Part shown: in pieces, positions 50,690-63,449 of the stretch
How positions within the stretch are numbered: the first letter of the stretch is position 1
Layout: the number at the start of each line of letters is the position of its first letter
DNA from: Lama glama
Lineage: Eukaryota
DNA length: 64,000 nt
Assembly: GCA_028534125.1 (NCBI GenBank)
Contig: CM052817.1
Location: 62,746,001-62,810,000, forward strand
Direction of reading: 5' to 3'
Notes under the pieces: model-generated
Database searches by the model: none
Seen by the model: the letters and a program-made list of their open reading frames with translations, nothing else
What the model was told of the DNA's origin: nothing
Made by a program: the position numbers and the translations under genes

Positions 50690-51235
50690 TTTGAGGAATT
50701 TACAACTACACCAAACAGTTCAACAGAAATTGGACCACAAGTTTGGAACTAGTCACCTAAATAAAAGAAGAGCTAAAGGAGTAAACAGGTGAAGAAGGAG
50801 AACCTGGCATTACAGACATAAAGAAATCCCTCTCTACTCTTAGGGCTGATGGAATATTAGGAAAGAGGAGGTTATATTACCTCCAGGGTCCTAGGCTGCC
50901 TGTTTGGAATCTTAAAGGAAGATCGACTCAGTGCGAGATGGAACCATCCAGGCAGTTTCCCATAAGAAGCTGGGACATCAGAGAGAAGAGCTACCCAAGG
51001 GAGAGGAAGTCAGTAAAGAAGATGAAGCTACTACTACACTGCAGTGGAAGCCAGCAGCCAGGAGGAAAAATACCAAGTCTCTTCTCTCCTCTTGCTTCCA
51101 CCCTCTGCCAGTGCTTCCTGCCAGTTTCTTACAGCTTTGGAAGTGTAATGTGCCAGGGTTATTTCTTTAAGATACAAAGAGGGGCAGAGAAATGATAGGG
51201 ATGGAGCTGAGGGAAAACAGTCAAATGACAGGTTC
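50690..51235 (-). mobile_element. Ancient LTR (LTR67B/LTR78-like)
   Basis: 'cttagggctgatgg..ggaaagaggagg', 'ctctgccagtgcttcc', 'ggatggagctgagggaaaacag'. Confidence 0.5.
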
Positions 51236-53209
51236 GCCTACTACAATGCATTTCATTATTTCACATCTGTAATAACAGTTGCTGAAATGTATAATAACAA
51301 CACTGATAAAGACACTGCAGAAATGTGAATTGCTTAGCACAGTAACTAACATGTTGTGAATTTTAGGGAAAATGATTATTCTTCTCTTTCCCTGTATCTA
51401 CTTTGGCCTAAAATGGAAGAAGCTATTAACTTTCTAACAGCATATTTATTAGCTCATCCCCAAAGTAGCAGAGGTACTAATGTGATTAGGCTAAGTTTGA
51501 CATCTATTGGGCAGCATGTTACATGTTCTGTCTCAAACAGCATTTTGTTTTTACTATGTATATCAAAGATACGTAAAAAGTATCCTGGAATTCTTACCCT
51601 GCTATCACATGCAAACCTGGTGAGAGTTGTTTATATATTAGACAAGTCTTGCAATTCTTTCCCTTGTGGCTAGCTGGGCCTCTTCAGATCCAGATGTCCC
51701 TGAGACACACCTGAGCAAAGAAGACTCAAAGGTGAAAGACTGGCTTGTGATGGAGGAGATGCCATTTCAGAAGCCGCTCTAAGTCCTGTCTTTTTCTTTA
51801 CTACAGTATGTAACAGAGAGCCTTACATTTGGCATTTTAAGTTGTTTGCACAAATTAAAAAAAAAATTCTGCTTGATTCCCATTTGGCTGGAAATTCTCA
51901 TGTGTATATTCCTTTAGCCAGAACCCTGGTGTGGGAGAGAAAGGAGTGCTTGGCCTTGAATCCCAAACAGTAAGCGCTAAATAAACGGTAGCTGTTTTTG
52001 TTGTTGTCAGAAGAGCATGCTATAAGAGGTTTCAAACAGGGAGGCTAAAATGAAGACAATACATACAATTCTTATCTTTTTTTCAAATTTTCATGTTACA
52101 TGTTTACTTAAACTGAATATGTGAAGGAGATATCTCCAACCTGCTCATTAAACAAAATAATTTAGGGATGATGACACCTGTTCATTTTCTAAGCCTGAAA
52201 TCTTCTGATATTATCTTGGATTAGGAATGTTTATTCGCTCTGTGATGCTTCCTCTCAGAGAGAAAGAGCGGAGGTTACTCTGAGAAACAAAATTAATGAC
52301 AAAGGATACCATAGAAACCGTACATAGCAACAAGGAAAAATGGTGACTGAACAATGCTGAAAAATACGGAAAGATGAAAGCAAAGATTACGCACAAAGAA
52401 CGCTTACACAATGCAATGATCAGGGTGAGATTATAAATATGAACAAATAAAATAAAGTGATTACAAGAAAAATTAACTTTAATTCAGAGTAGAAATACAG
52501 GGAAAACTGCTATCTTCCATCCCCAGTACTGTTAATAAGCTTTCTAGGTCCTCACGAGGTGGGAGGAATTTCAGTTAAAATTGTTCAGAGATCTAAGCCA
52601 TCACAAAGTCACATTTTACTAGTAAGAAGCTGATCCACTCTCTTTACTTCTCCCTATGTGGCCAAGGGCCCCCAGAGGTTGACCTTGCCAAGTATTATTT
52701 TACTTTTCCATTTCCTCTCTGCATGCAACATAGATAAATAAGTTAAGCCAGGGATGATTATAACCAGCCAATTTGGTTTACTAGCCTCTAAATATTAACA
52801 ACAAAAAAAAACTTTTTCAGGCAGATCTCAGCTCCCTGAAATTGTTTGGATTCCTATGGATATAAGCATTTCAGTACCCCAGTTCTCTCATTTCTACTGC
52901 TTCATGGCAGTGCTTTATTCACACATGCAGAAACATTTTTCTGGGTTGGCTTTAAATCAATCTTTTTAATCCTCTAAATCTCTATATCTGATATGAAGGA
53001 TTAACCAATAATGTACTTGAGTCACAGCAAAATTACTTTCAAATTGTGGGAAACTAATTTGAAATGAATTCCATACCATACTTAGCGGATGTACTCAAGG
53101 AACACAGCAAGATGCAAAATGAAATTAAATGTACATTTAAAATATCTTTTTCTAGATCTGAGTTTTTTTAAAAGCCCAAATTTAGGACTCACTTAACTAA
53201 GCTGAATGC

Positions 53210-53640
53210 CTGAGAGACTGTCAAACTGACTACTAAAACCAGTTTCTCTTCTTATACACAGAACTGGACTACATTTCCCAGCTTCCCTTGCTATTAGATG
53301 TAGCCATGTGACAATAAATAGAATGTGAGTGAATTGATGTTTGTCAGCTAGAGTTCTGTCCATAAAACCCTCCCACACATGATCCACTGAGATCGTTTGT
53401 CTTCTAAGATGGCTGTGATGAAGACAAGCCTATGGCAAACTTGGGAGATTTGTGCTCAGGATATTAGTGCCACAATATGGAATTAGCTAGAATTCTTATA
53501 CATACCACTACTCGGAAAAGAATTACCATCTTGGACTTTATAGGTTATACTAATAGGTATACTTTATGTAACTGCCGTGTTAGGCTACTGGATCTTGGAT
53601 TTGGAGGTCTATTTGTCACCACTGTGTTACTTTAATATAA
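53210..53640 (+). mobile_element. MaLR LTR (MLT1I/MLT1J-like)
   Basis: 'gactacatttcccagcttcccttgctattagatgtagccatgtgac', 'cataaaaccctcccacacatgatcc', 'gatttggaggtctatttgtcac'. Confidence 0.8.
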
Positions 53641-53749
53641 TAAAAGTAAGCTAAATCAAAATATATTTGAATAAATTCCCTGCAACATTAAAGTTATCAG
53701 GCTTCCTAAAGGAAAGAGATTAACTAGACATCATTTTAATCCATGTCCT

Positions 53750-54113
53750 TTTTGGGAGGCCATTCTCCTAAATGTCTTTTTGTGTATATTTAGTATCAGA
53801 TTTTGTTTTGAACATTTTCAAGAATAGCTAACAGCCTTAGAAGATTGGTGATACCCTAAGCTTGGAATTCTTTGGTTGGGAAACAACCCACTATATGTGT
53901 CATATCTAAAAGGGCCCACCTCTTCATCTTTCTGGGACCTGGAGAGCAAGGGGAAACCAATGAGGACATGAAGCTCATGTTGCCTGCTATGCTGTGAGTA
54001 ATAAAGTCCTTTATCTCTGACCCAGGAGTCTGCCAGCATGCATGAAACTGTCACAGGCTAACTTGTTAGCTTGCAAGTAGGATAAAATCTCAGAGCTTTC
54101 ATAGTTCTTGACA
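53750..54113 (+). mobile_element. MER89-like ERV1 LTR (internally deleted)
   Basis: 'gagtaataaagtcctttatctctgacccaggagtc...caggctaacttgttagcttgcaagtagg...agttcttgaca'; ends in CA, with AATAAA. Confidence 0.8.
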
Positions 54114-54126
54114 GCTCTCTGCAGAT

Positions 54127-54146
54127 GCGTGTGTGTGTGTGTGTGT
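54127..54146. repeat. (GT)n microsatellite
   Basis: Directly visible. Confidence 0.9.
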
Positions 54147-54389
54147 TTAAGTAAATTTCGGTGCTATGTGTGTTTGTCTACAGAGACTAAATTATGTTTT
54201 TGTTTCTCAGTCCTTCACTTTATCAGCTGCTCCCTCTTGCTCCTCCTATAAGCACAATAGATACGCTGAGTTTCTGTCGGTGAAGTATGGCTGAAACAGA
54301 AACATTAGAAACAATAATCACATGTAATTAGTAAGAGTGGAAATAAAAAATAATAATGATGGTGATGGTGTTGATTACAACAGAAGATT

Positions 54390-54490
54390 TGTAAATGACT
54401 GTCACTATAAGTACTTTTCAAACATTAACTCATTTAATACTTACAATGCCGCTATAAGTAGGTACTACTGTATCTCCATGTACAGCTGTG
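54390..54490 (-). mobile_element. MIR fragment
   Basis: 'attaactcatttaatacttacaa...gtaggtactactgtatctccat'. Confidence 0.7.
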
Positions 54491-54559
54491 TACAGTTGCG
54501 AATAACTAACTATTTTGGATTTCTGTGGCGTTGTGTACAATGATTGTGCTATACACTAG

Positions 54560-54905
54560 TGTCTCAGTCCATTTGGGCTGCTATAATAAAACAGCACATA
54601 CTGGATGGCACATAAACAACAGGAATTTATTTCCGATAGATCTGTAGGCTGAAAGTTCAAGATCAAGACACCAGCATGGCTGAGTTCTGGTGACAGCCCT
54701 CTTCCTGATTCACAGCTGGTGCATTTCCTCTGTGGTTGTCACATGGAAGAAAGTGGGAAGGATCTCTGTGGAGCCTCTTTTATAAGAGCACTGATTCCAT
54801 TCTTGAGGGCAAAGCCTCCCAAGTTCCCACCTCCTAATACCATCACCTTTAGGGGTTAGGGTTTAACACATGGGTTGGGGGTGGAGGCACACTTGGACCA
54901 AAACA
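54560..54905 (-). mobile_element. MLT1A-like solo MaLR LTR
   Basis: 'tgtctcagtccatttgggctgctataa...aaagttcaagatcaag...cccacctcctaataccatcacc...aaaca'; 5-bp TSD actag/gctag with one mismatch. Confidence 0.9.
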
Positions 54906-55148
54906 GCTAGACTAGATGTGCTGGGCACCAGATGCTGCCACAGGCCAGATGTTCAGAAGCACTACAGCTGCTAACCAATCTCAGAACTTAGATATCACCC
55001 CAGATGAAGAAGGGGATAAAACAAGGAAATTTGCACTCATTTGCTTTTAAACTTTTACATTGGAAGTAACTGGGAAATCACAGAATCATAAGGAAAAGAG
55101 AAATTTCTAAAACTTAAATTTTTGTTTTCATCTTTGTTTTTTCTTTTT

Positions 55149-55230
55149 TCTTTTTTTTTACATTTTTTATTGATTCATAATCATTTTACAGTGTTGTGTC
55201 AAATTCCAGTGTTCAGCACAATTTTTCAGT
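55149..55230 (-). mobile_element. Ultra-short camelid L1 3' terminus (about 80 bp)
   Basis: 'acattttttattgattcataatcattttacagtgttgtgtcaaattccagtgttcagcacaatttttcagtt' flanked by ttg(T6/T7)cttttt direct repeats. Confidence 0.8.
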
Positions 55231-56496
55231 TGTTTTTTTCTTTTTGAAATGAGATCTAATATAGATGTTGAGTGCAGTAATCATAAGTTGTAATGGTTAT
55301 GACTGGAATTAGAATAAGGATAGCAAGTTCTGTAGGCTTTTTAAGTACCAGATCTACAAGAGAAAGGATGATCAAGAGTACAGATTAAACAGTAAAGAAG
55401 AAAGCTGATTTTCTATGTGGCTCAATATAGGGGAGACAAGAGATGCAACTGTTTTAATCAATTTGCTATGTCTTTTCCACATTTTATTTGGAAAGACACA
55501 GAAATAGTGTACCATGGGATTCTGTTTTACCAAAGATTAACTTCCATAGATCAGCACATTCCAGAAGACACAGAGATTAGATTTCCTCTCTAAATCCAGC
55601 AACCTCTGACTCATGTCGTAGGATCCCCACAAAGCGACAGACTTACATATTTCCACTGAGGTTTTCTCTCTTTCAAACACTCAAAGTAGGATCGATCATG
55701 CAATGATGATTTTGATTAGAAGGCCCCTGGGTCTCTCCCTTAAATCTTGTACCCCGTATCTGTGTCTTTGTAAATAAAATATGGAGAAGACTTTAATTAA
55801 AACAATTACCTCACTAGTTCTCTCTATACTGAGCCACTAAGAGTAGGCTTTCTTCTTCATTACTGATTGATCTATACTTCTGGTCCTCCTGTCCCTTGCA
55901 GATCTGGTACTCAAGAAGTGTACAACAGTGTCTATCCTTACTCTAATTCTTCTCATAACAATGGTAAGCCAAATTGTTGATGGCATAATTTATCACTGAC
56001 TTTAACCAAATGATTTCAACTTGATTTATAAAATTCTTTAATAATTAGATTCTAAATTACTGAGCCTCCATGATACAGCTTCCCAAATGTAGTTCAATCC
56101 ACCAGTTTACATTAGATTACATATTTCTGATTTCTACCTAATATAAATTAATAATTTATACTGAGATCCACCAAAATTGTTACAGGGATGATAATGGTAC
56201 ATTAAAAACGTGTTCCTACTTTTTAAGGGATGAAGGAGAGGATGCTATCCTTTTCACTGAATTATTTCATTAAAAAAGGCACAACATTAAAGAGTAAAGT
56301 GTCCAAGCTTTGAGAAAAGAATACATTCAAAGATAATCACAGCATTACTTGGAGCACTACTTTTTGAGAATAAATAAAGCTTATCATGCAAATTACATTC
56401 TGAGCACTTGAGAATTTTACACAATTGACTAAATTCTCTCATACTTCTATTGAGAAAGAATGGGAATCCATCAGGCTTAAAACTTCTGTGGTTTTG

Positions 56497-56535
56497 AGTG
56501 TGTGCGTGTGCAAGTATGTGTGTGTGTGTGTGTGT
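56497..56535. repeat. Imperfect (GT)n microsatellite
   Basis: Directly visible. Confidence 0.85.
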
Positions 56536-56739
56536 TTAGTATGTAATCGTATTTCAACTTTAATCAAATAGTTTATCACAATGATTTCCTTGGGATACTA
56601 ACTGTTCTATAGGAGCAGCCATCACAGTGTTGGAAAGAAGGATTCAGCAGTAGGACTTCACCCATTCCCTTCAACCAGAACAAATGCAGGCTTATCAAGG
56701 TTATAAAAACACTAAAATTCGCCTTTGAAAAAATATGCC

Positions 56740-57305
56740 AGGGAGCCCAGAAATAGACCTACCTAAATATAGTCAATTGACCTTTTTCAAAAAAGCTAAG
56801 GCTGTACAATGGAGTAAAGACAGTCTCTTCAACATATATTGCTGGAACAACTGGTCATCAACATGCAGAAAGATAAATCTAGATATAGACCTTACATCCT
56901 TCTCAAAAACTCATCCCAGAAGGATCACAGACATAAGCATAAAATGCAAAACTATACAACTCCTAGAAGATAACAAAGGAGAAAACCTAGATGACTTTTG
57001 GATTTTTAGAGCAGTGAAATTATTCTCAGTTATGCTATTATGGTGGATACATGTCATTATACAATTGTCAAAATGCATAGACATTAAAACACCAGAAGTA
57101 AACTATAATGTAAACTATGGACCTGGGTGGTAATAATGTGCTCATATAGGTTCATCAGTGAAAAATATGCCCCTCTGGTGGGGGATGTTGATATTGGGGG
57201 AGGCTGTATACATGTGGGGACAGGAGGCATAGGAGGAGAAGTCTCTACTTTCTGCTCAGTTTTGCTATGATCATAAAAGTGCTCTAAAATGTAAAATATA
57301 TATTA
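56740..57305 (+). mobile_element. L1MC1/2-like element: ORF2 piece fused to distal 3' UTR
   Basis: ORF 56735 (SPEIDLPKYSQLTF..KAVQWSKDSLFNIYCWNNW..KTIQLLEDNKGENLDD) is L1 ORF2. From about 57000 it is 3' UTR ('ggtggatacatgtcattatac', 'taatgtaaactatggac'). Flanked by atatgcc repeats. Confidence 0.9.
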
Positions 57306-59289
57306 AAATATATATGCCTTGTAGAAGAGAATGTCTGGGCAATAATGTTTTTATAGTTAAATTCTGCAGCAATGGTCATGCAAACCTAATTCTCTCTCTA
57401 TCCTCTGGGCCGCCAAAATGTTTGTTCTCCTCAAATCTAATTACTAGAACTACAAAGGCCTTAACACTACATACTGTATTTTTTGTCATTTTTCTGCAAT
57501 GCCTTTTGATTTAGAGCTTAAAAATCAAAGTTACAGAATGCAACAAGTTTCTCGAATAACGCCATAAATTCTTCAGTAATCTGAACAGCTGCCAAGGAAA
57601 AAATATGACCAAACTATACCAAATTCTAGTCCTGACATTAATCCTTTTAAGGGATGATTCAAACAATGCCTTGAGGAAAAGGGAGGAGTGTAAACAGAAA
57701 ACCTTACAATCAATTTTGGTTCAAAAAGAAAAAAAAGTCTAGGTGGACTTATCCAAAGTAAAATAAAAAGAGAAAAAAACTGTAAGTTCTACAAAAAATG
57801 AACAGTAGACAAATACCTGGTAGACAGCCACAGAAGTGTTAGGAAAAAAAAAAGGACTAAAAGTAGAGCATACAAACACAGTATGCAAAAAACTGAGAAA
57901 TAATCCATTCTGGACAAAGACATCTTAAGAGATAGAAAAATTTTTTTTTAGCAAGTAATAATTTATCTCCTAGAAATTAAAGAGGGTATGAAATTCACAA
58001 ATGATAAAGTATTAATAGCATAGAATGAACTAAGAAAACACTTGATAAAGGGAAAAAAACTTTCATGGAAAATATACAACTACAAAAACATCAGTAGTTA
58101 GAATATACAGAAGGGATATGGAGCGTATGAAAATGTAAAATAGCCAAAGGTACAAAGGACACTATTTAGCTTCAAGTTAGTGGAATAAGACCTGTCAGGT
58201 ATGAAGGAAAATACTGTGAACTATGAATTCAGGAGGGTAAATTCAGTGTGCAGTAACTCAGGGAATACAGTTCTTCACTGATATTCTAGATACTCACAAA
58301 ATGATTCAAAAGAAATGCTTATGAAGAGGACAGTGGTTAGGGGATTTTTGATCGAGTTCCCAACATTCAAAAACCCATACAATTAACTTAAGCTAAACAT
58401 GCTCATTCCAGTTTTCTTCCCAGGAAAACTTCCAAGTTGGGAATGGAGCCTTTTATCATTTCCAGTACGCTACTGAGTTCTGTGAAAAGTTTCTCTATAC
58501 CTGAGAGTAAAGAAAGAGAAACTTCCTCTTCTTCACTTAGATATTTTCCTCCTCATTATCTCCTTATCTTTGGATGTAACTGAGTCATCTAAAATATCTC
58601 CAGCTACTTGCTCTTGGTCTGAGGCTAAAGGTAACAGTGTTCTCGATCACATCATTGAGACCAAGGTTCATGGCAGCGTTGTCAGATCTTATGTCAGCTG
58701 TGGATTTCTAATTATGGAAGATATATTTCTTAAACTTTTAAGGCAATCAATTTGAGTGGGATTTTTAAAACATCCTCCAAAAGAAGCATCTTACCTGATA
58801 TCATAGTGTATGAAAGGATTATAAACACAATCACTAAAATATAGGCTTAATAAATTATTGTGATGATTGGACTAACAAATGGATACTATAGTCTATTTTC
58901 TGAAAGTACAAATTATATAATGTAAAACATAATAAACACTATTAGGTGTCTCTAGTGATTGTGATAAAATTCCCATAATACTTAAGTTATATTAAGAATG
59001 AGGGAAGATAAGTTAAGAAAATTTCCATTAATTCATCAATTTTCTCATTGTCCACATCAGGCAATTGGTAGATTTTTTTTCCTTAAGTTAATAAAATAAG
59101 AAAGGTAGGTTTAAGTGGTGAATAAAGAAAAAAATTACTTCTGAGCAAATAAAACAAATTATAATTTTTATGATGTCCCAAATAGACCACATAACAAAAG
59201 ACAAAAAACAGAGAAAATAAGGAAGTATCAACAAAATATCAGATACGATGACAGAAATAAGACCAAACAGATGCTCTATGAGAGGCAGG

Positions 59290-59490
59290 TGGCTCTGATC
59301 TGTCTGTTCCTTGCGTGGTCTTGGGCAAACCATTTAACTTTGGGGCCTTGGTTTTCCACTTGTGAAATGGGAATAATAGTACTAGTAATCATAAATTGTA
59401 GTGGGGGGTTAAATGAGTTAAAGCATATCATGATTTGTATGATAAGGGCACAAACTGAACTTTCAATGAAAGTTAGCTTTTATTGTTGTG
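59290..59490 (+). mobile_element. MIR SINE
   Basis: 'tcttgggcaaaccatttaact...gttttccacttgtgaaatgggaataatagtac...ttaaatgagttaa'. Confidence 0.8.
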
Positions 59491-60029
59491 GTGGTTCTTC
59501 ACAAAAAGAAAGCAATGATTATAATTTGTTATTGGATGAGAAATCTCAATATCATAAAGCAGCCCATTTTTTGCTAAACTAATCTCTTAATTCAATACAA
59601 TTATAATAAAAAATTTTACTGATTTTATTTTTTACCCTTGGTAAATCTTTTATATATATATATCTGTGTTAAATTGTTTTAAGTATTATAGTAATTCTAC
59701 CCAGCACAAGAAAAGAAAGCATGGGTTACATAAAAGATGGAACAGATCTATCTTTAAAAAGAATGAAAACAATATAATAAAAATACTCAAAAGATGGTTT
59801 CTGAGAAAAACTTGCTCTCTCATGTTTGGCTTTTATACATCATGAGCAGGGATGGAAAACCCAGCTATGATTGGGAAATGCTGGAAAAGCAAAATTGCTG
59901 GTCAATTAGGAAGCAATCAATTCTCCCAAAAGAAAAACACCTCTTTTGACACCTCTCTTTATTGTGACAAATTGCTTGCCTTTGTTACAGGAGAAGTGAT
60001 GCTCACAAGGTAAAAAATTAATTAGATTC

Positions 60030-60708
60030 AAAAAGAGACTTACCCTATGATCCAGCAATTCCATTCCTGGGCATATATCCTGTGAAAACTCTAGTTTGAA
60101 AATATGCATGCACCCCAATGTTCATAGCAGCACAATTTACAATAGCCAAGACATGGAAGCAACCTAAATGTCAATCAACAGATTACTGGATAAAGAAGTT
60201 GAGATATATATACACAGAAACACACACACACATACATATATGTAATGGAATACTACTCAGCCGTAAAAAAGACTAAAATAATGCCATTTGCAGCAACATG
60301 GATGGATCTGGAGATTGTTATTCTAAGTAAAGCCAGAAAGAGAAAGAAAGACACCATATGCTATCACTTATATGTGGAATCTAAAAAAATGAGACAAATA
60401 AACTTGTTAACAAAACAGAAACATACTCATAGACATAGAAAACAAACTTATGGTTACTAGGGGGGAAATTGAGGGTGGAGAGTAAATGGGGAGTTAGTGA
60501 TTGGCAGATACTAACTACTATATATAAAATAACCAACAAGGTCCTACTGTATAGTACAGGGAACTATATTCATTATCTTGTAATAGCCTATAATGAAAAA
60601 GAATACGAAAAGGTATATATATAACTGAATCACTATGCTGTACATCAGAAATTAACATAACATTGTAAACTGACTATACTTCAATTAAAAAATAAAAAGA
60701 AAAGAAAG
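60030..60708 (+). mobile_element. Camelid/cetartiodactyl L1 3' end, 5'-truncated
   Basis: 'ttaccctatgatccagcaattcc', ORF2 end (EYYSAVKK..IMPFAATWMDLEIVILS), 3' UTR and A-rich tail. Confidence 0.95.
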
Positions 60709-61414
60709 TATGAATAAAATATGGATTTTTTCTTTTCCACAAATGCTGTTGGTTAACTGGCTAGCCATTTGGAAAATAAGTCTCTCACCTAGATTATGAT
60801 CCAGATGTCTTACCTGTTCTCAACTGTTTTCTGATAGGTACAGTTGTGAAGAACATGTGTAGTCCACTACACATGTGAAATTTGTGAGGGTTCTTTCAAG
60901 GCCTCTAGGGGAAATTTTAATGGAAAGAGTATTTTGCAGCTAAAATGCTAGCATATCTTAAAATACTACATTTTTGCAGACTATATTGGAAACAGAAGAG
61001 ATTCTGTAAACAGATTCATTGTGCTTTTAGCACCATCCTCGCTGTAACCTGTGAAATCAGCCAGCTGCCCGCCATCTTCACAGGGGCGTGATTAGACAAT
61101 TGATGCTTTGAGACGCCCGCTGCTCACATCACAGTGCAGATAAAACCTAGCTGATTGTAAACCCAGAAATTTCAGCTGTAATGCTCTCACAAAGGTTTTG
61201 TTTTTGCTGGCTCAGGTGAGATCCTTGGGCTTGTCTGATGTTTCATCTTCACAGTAGCCTGATAACTGTACATACTCAAAGCACAAACTCAGAAGCCAAA
61301 GAGAATTTTCTGTCGTATGTGGTATAAGCAGTGCAGTTCAGTGGGAGCAGGGGCCGAGTGAAAGCATTTCATTCAATGTAAGATTCAAAAACCTGGATCA
61401 CGTAAATCCAAAGA

Positions 61415-61560
61415 TTACTCAATTCATTAGTACAATTTTTTTTTTTTTTTGGTTACCTACTAACTGCCATGAGGCTATAGTGGTTAACAAAACTGAGAAG
61501 GCCCTTGCTCTCTAGTGGGAAAACAGACAATAAGCAAGTAAAAGAATAAATGCAAATTAA
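61415..61560 (-). mobile_element. L2 3' terminus
   Basis: 'ctcaattcatt...acctacta...ggctatagtggttaacaaaac...cccttgctctctagtggg..acagacaataagcaagtaa'. Confidence 0.7.
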
Positions 61561-63449
61561 ATTAAGCGCTGACTTTCTGATTGGGGTTCCAATCTTCATC
61601 AAGATCACAATCTAGAAAAACAAGTCTCTCTTTTTCTTCTCTCTCAAAAATACTCGAATTTTAGTAAATATTCTTTAAATGTTTGATCAAGAGTATATTT
61701 TTGGCCATTCAGTGTCCTGAATATCTATTGATTAAAAACAGTTTACTGATTAGATTTAGAGTCAAATATGGTATATCTGGAGGCCTTATTTCTCTTCGAA
61801 TACCAAGAATTTTGTTCTGCTTACCTTCTCATATCAGGTGGGACTAAATAAATGCTTGAATTAGTAAATAAACCAGTGAGCTGATTTTGAAAATATTTAA
61901 TAGGTATGTTTATTTCTGTCTTTGAAGGAATAAATCTCCTCATTTAAGTTTGGCCTTGTGTCTTTACATTTTACATGACAAAGAGAATTTGTGTGCCTAG
62001 AACGATTACTTAAATAAGCCCTGCGTTTTACTGAAACAAATAGTGGGATATATATAGTATTCATATCTCAATGGCAAATCTAAAAAGAATAGCATTTGAA
62101 TATTTTGAGTTCAAAGTGTCTGTGATTTGTGTTTAGATCATAATGTAATAATTATTTTTACTTGAGGGATATATTATATAAAATGAAATTAGTTACTTCT
62201 GCCCAGTTTTCCCCAGGTATAAATGTAAGTGAGTGCACACACTTCTTTTTAACAAATTGAAAACTATCCCTGTATCAACACTGTCCACCTTTGACTTTGC
62301 ACACAGGTCTAATGTATTCGATTCAAATAATTTGAAAAATATTCTATCTGGCTTATAAATACTGGATGTGACCACAAATGGCATTCTCTCAATATTTTGT
62401 ATAAGTTTAAATTCCCAATAAGTAATTTACAATGCTTATATTTTTATTTTGGAAAATTACCAAGAATATTATAAAGAATGAAATGTTATAAAGTTTGAGA
62501 TTCATAAGGATAGAAAAACTTAAAAAGCTATGCTTCTAACTTGACATTCATGCAGAAAGATGAGTGATTTTACTTTCAGGGAAGATAGTACTTCCATAGG
62601 TACTTTTTTAATGCATAGCTGCTTTTTTTTAATTGTGCTGCAAATGCCTTTTGCCAGTTGGTGACTGTGTTTTGGAGGAAAGGTGGAGCATGACTTGGAC
62701 AACAAGCAGCAAGTAAAAGCCTCCTAGAGTGAATGATTCATTTTGGGGTCTTCCTGGGCTGCTCAATTGCTTAAAAAGCCTAATAGGAGAAATAAGCATG
62801 AAGTCATAGGAGAACAATTCTTATCCTTTTCCCCTCGTGCAGGGAAGTCAATCCACTGCTTCTGCACATTACAGCTCGCAGCTGGGGAAGATGGTTGAGA
62901 GAGAGGCTCCAACAAAAAGGAACTCATTTGATCTATGGGGTAGGGATGGTCACTTTGGAATGAAGAAAGAAACGAGTTTCTCCTAGATACTCTTTCGGGG
63001 AACTGCCTGGGATGCTCTGCACCATCAGCAGCTTTAAGTGTGATGCTTTTTCTCTGGTCTGATGGGGAAAGGAATGAAATTTTTAACTTTGACGGACTTG
63101 ACTCTCCTTCTCCCAAAGCTCACAGCTTGTTTTTTTAAGGTTGTCAAGTGCAATAAGCTCTCTCTCACATGCAGGGTCTAAACTTACAGAAACATACACT
63201 CACATATTCACAATAAAAGATTAACTACATTCTTCAGAAATGTCACAGTCATTAAATTTTGCTTTTTGTTATAAGAGGAGGTTGCTCTGTAGGCAAGGTC
63301 AAAGCAAGGTGTGGAAATGAGAGGTGCTGAATGGAAAATCAGAGGGTTGTGGACCATTTCTTCCCCAGAGTTTCCCCTGAGAATGTGAACAAACGAAATG
63401 TAGAGATGTTAGAAACCCACTAACTGTAAACTATTTGTAAAAATCACCT

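Noticed and set aside
57700..58150. A-rich stretch resembling HAL1/L1 ORF1
   Set aside because: Too degenerate to assign without a profile search.
58795..58833. Minus-strand 39-nt candidate exon (ttttag|...cag|gtaag)
   Set aside because: Weak pyrimidine tract, unrecognised peptides (IVFIILSYTMIS or DCVYNPFIHYDI) and no partner exon.
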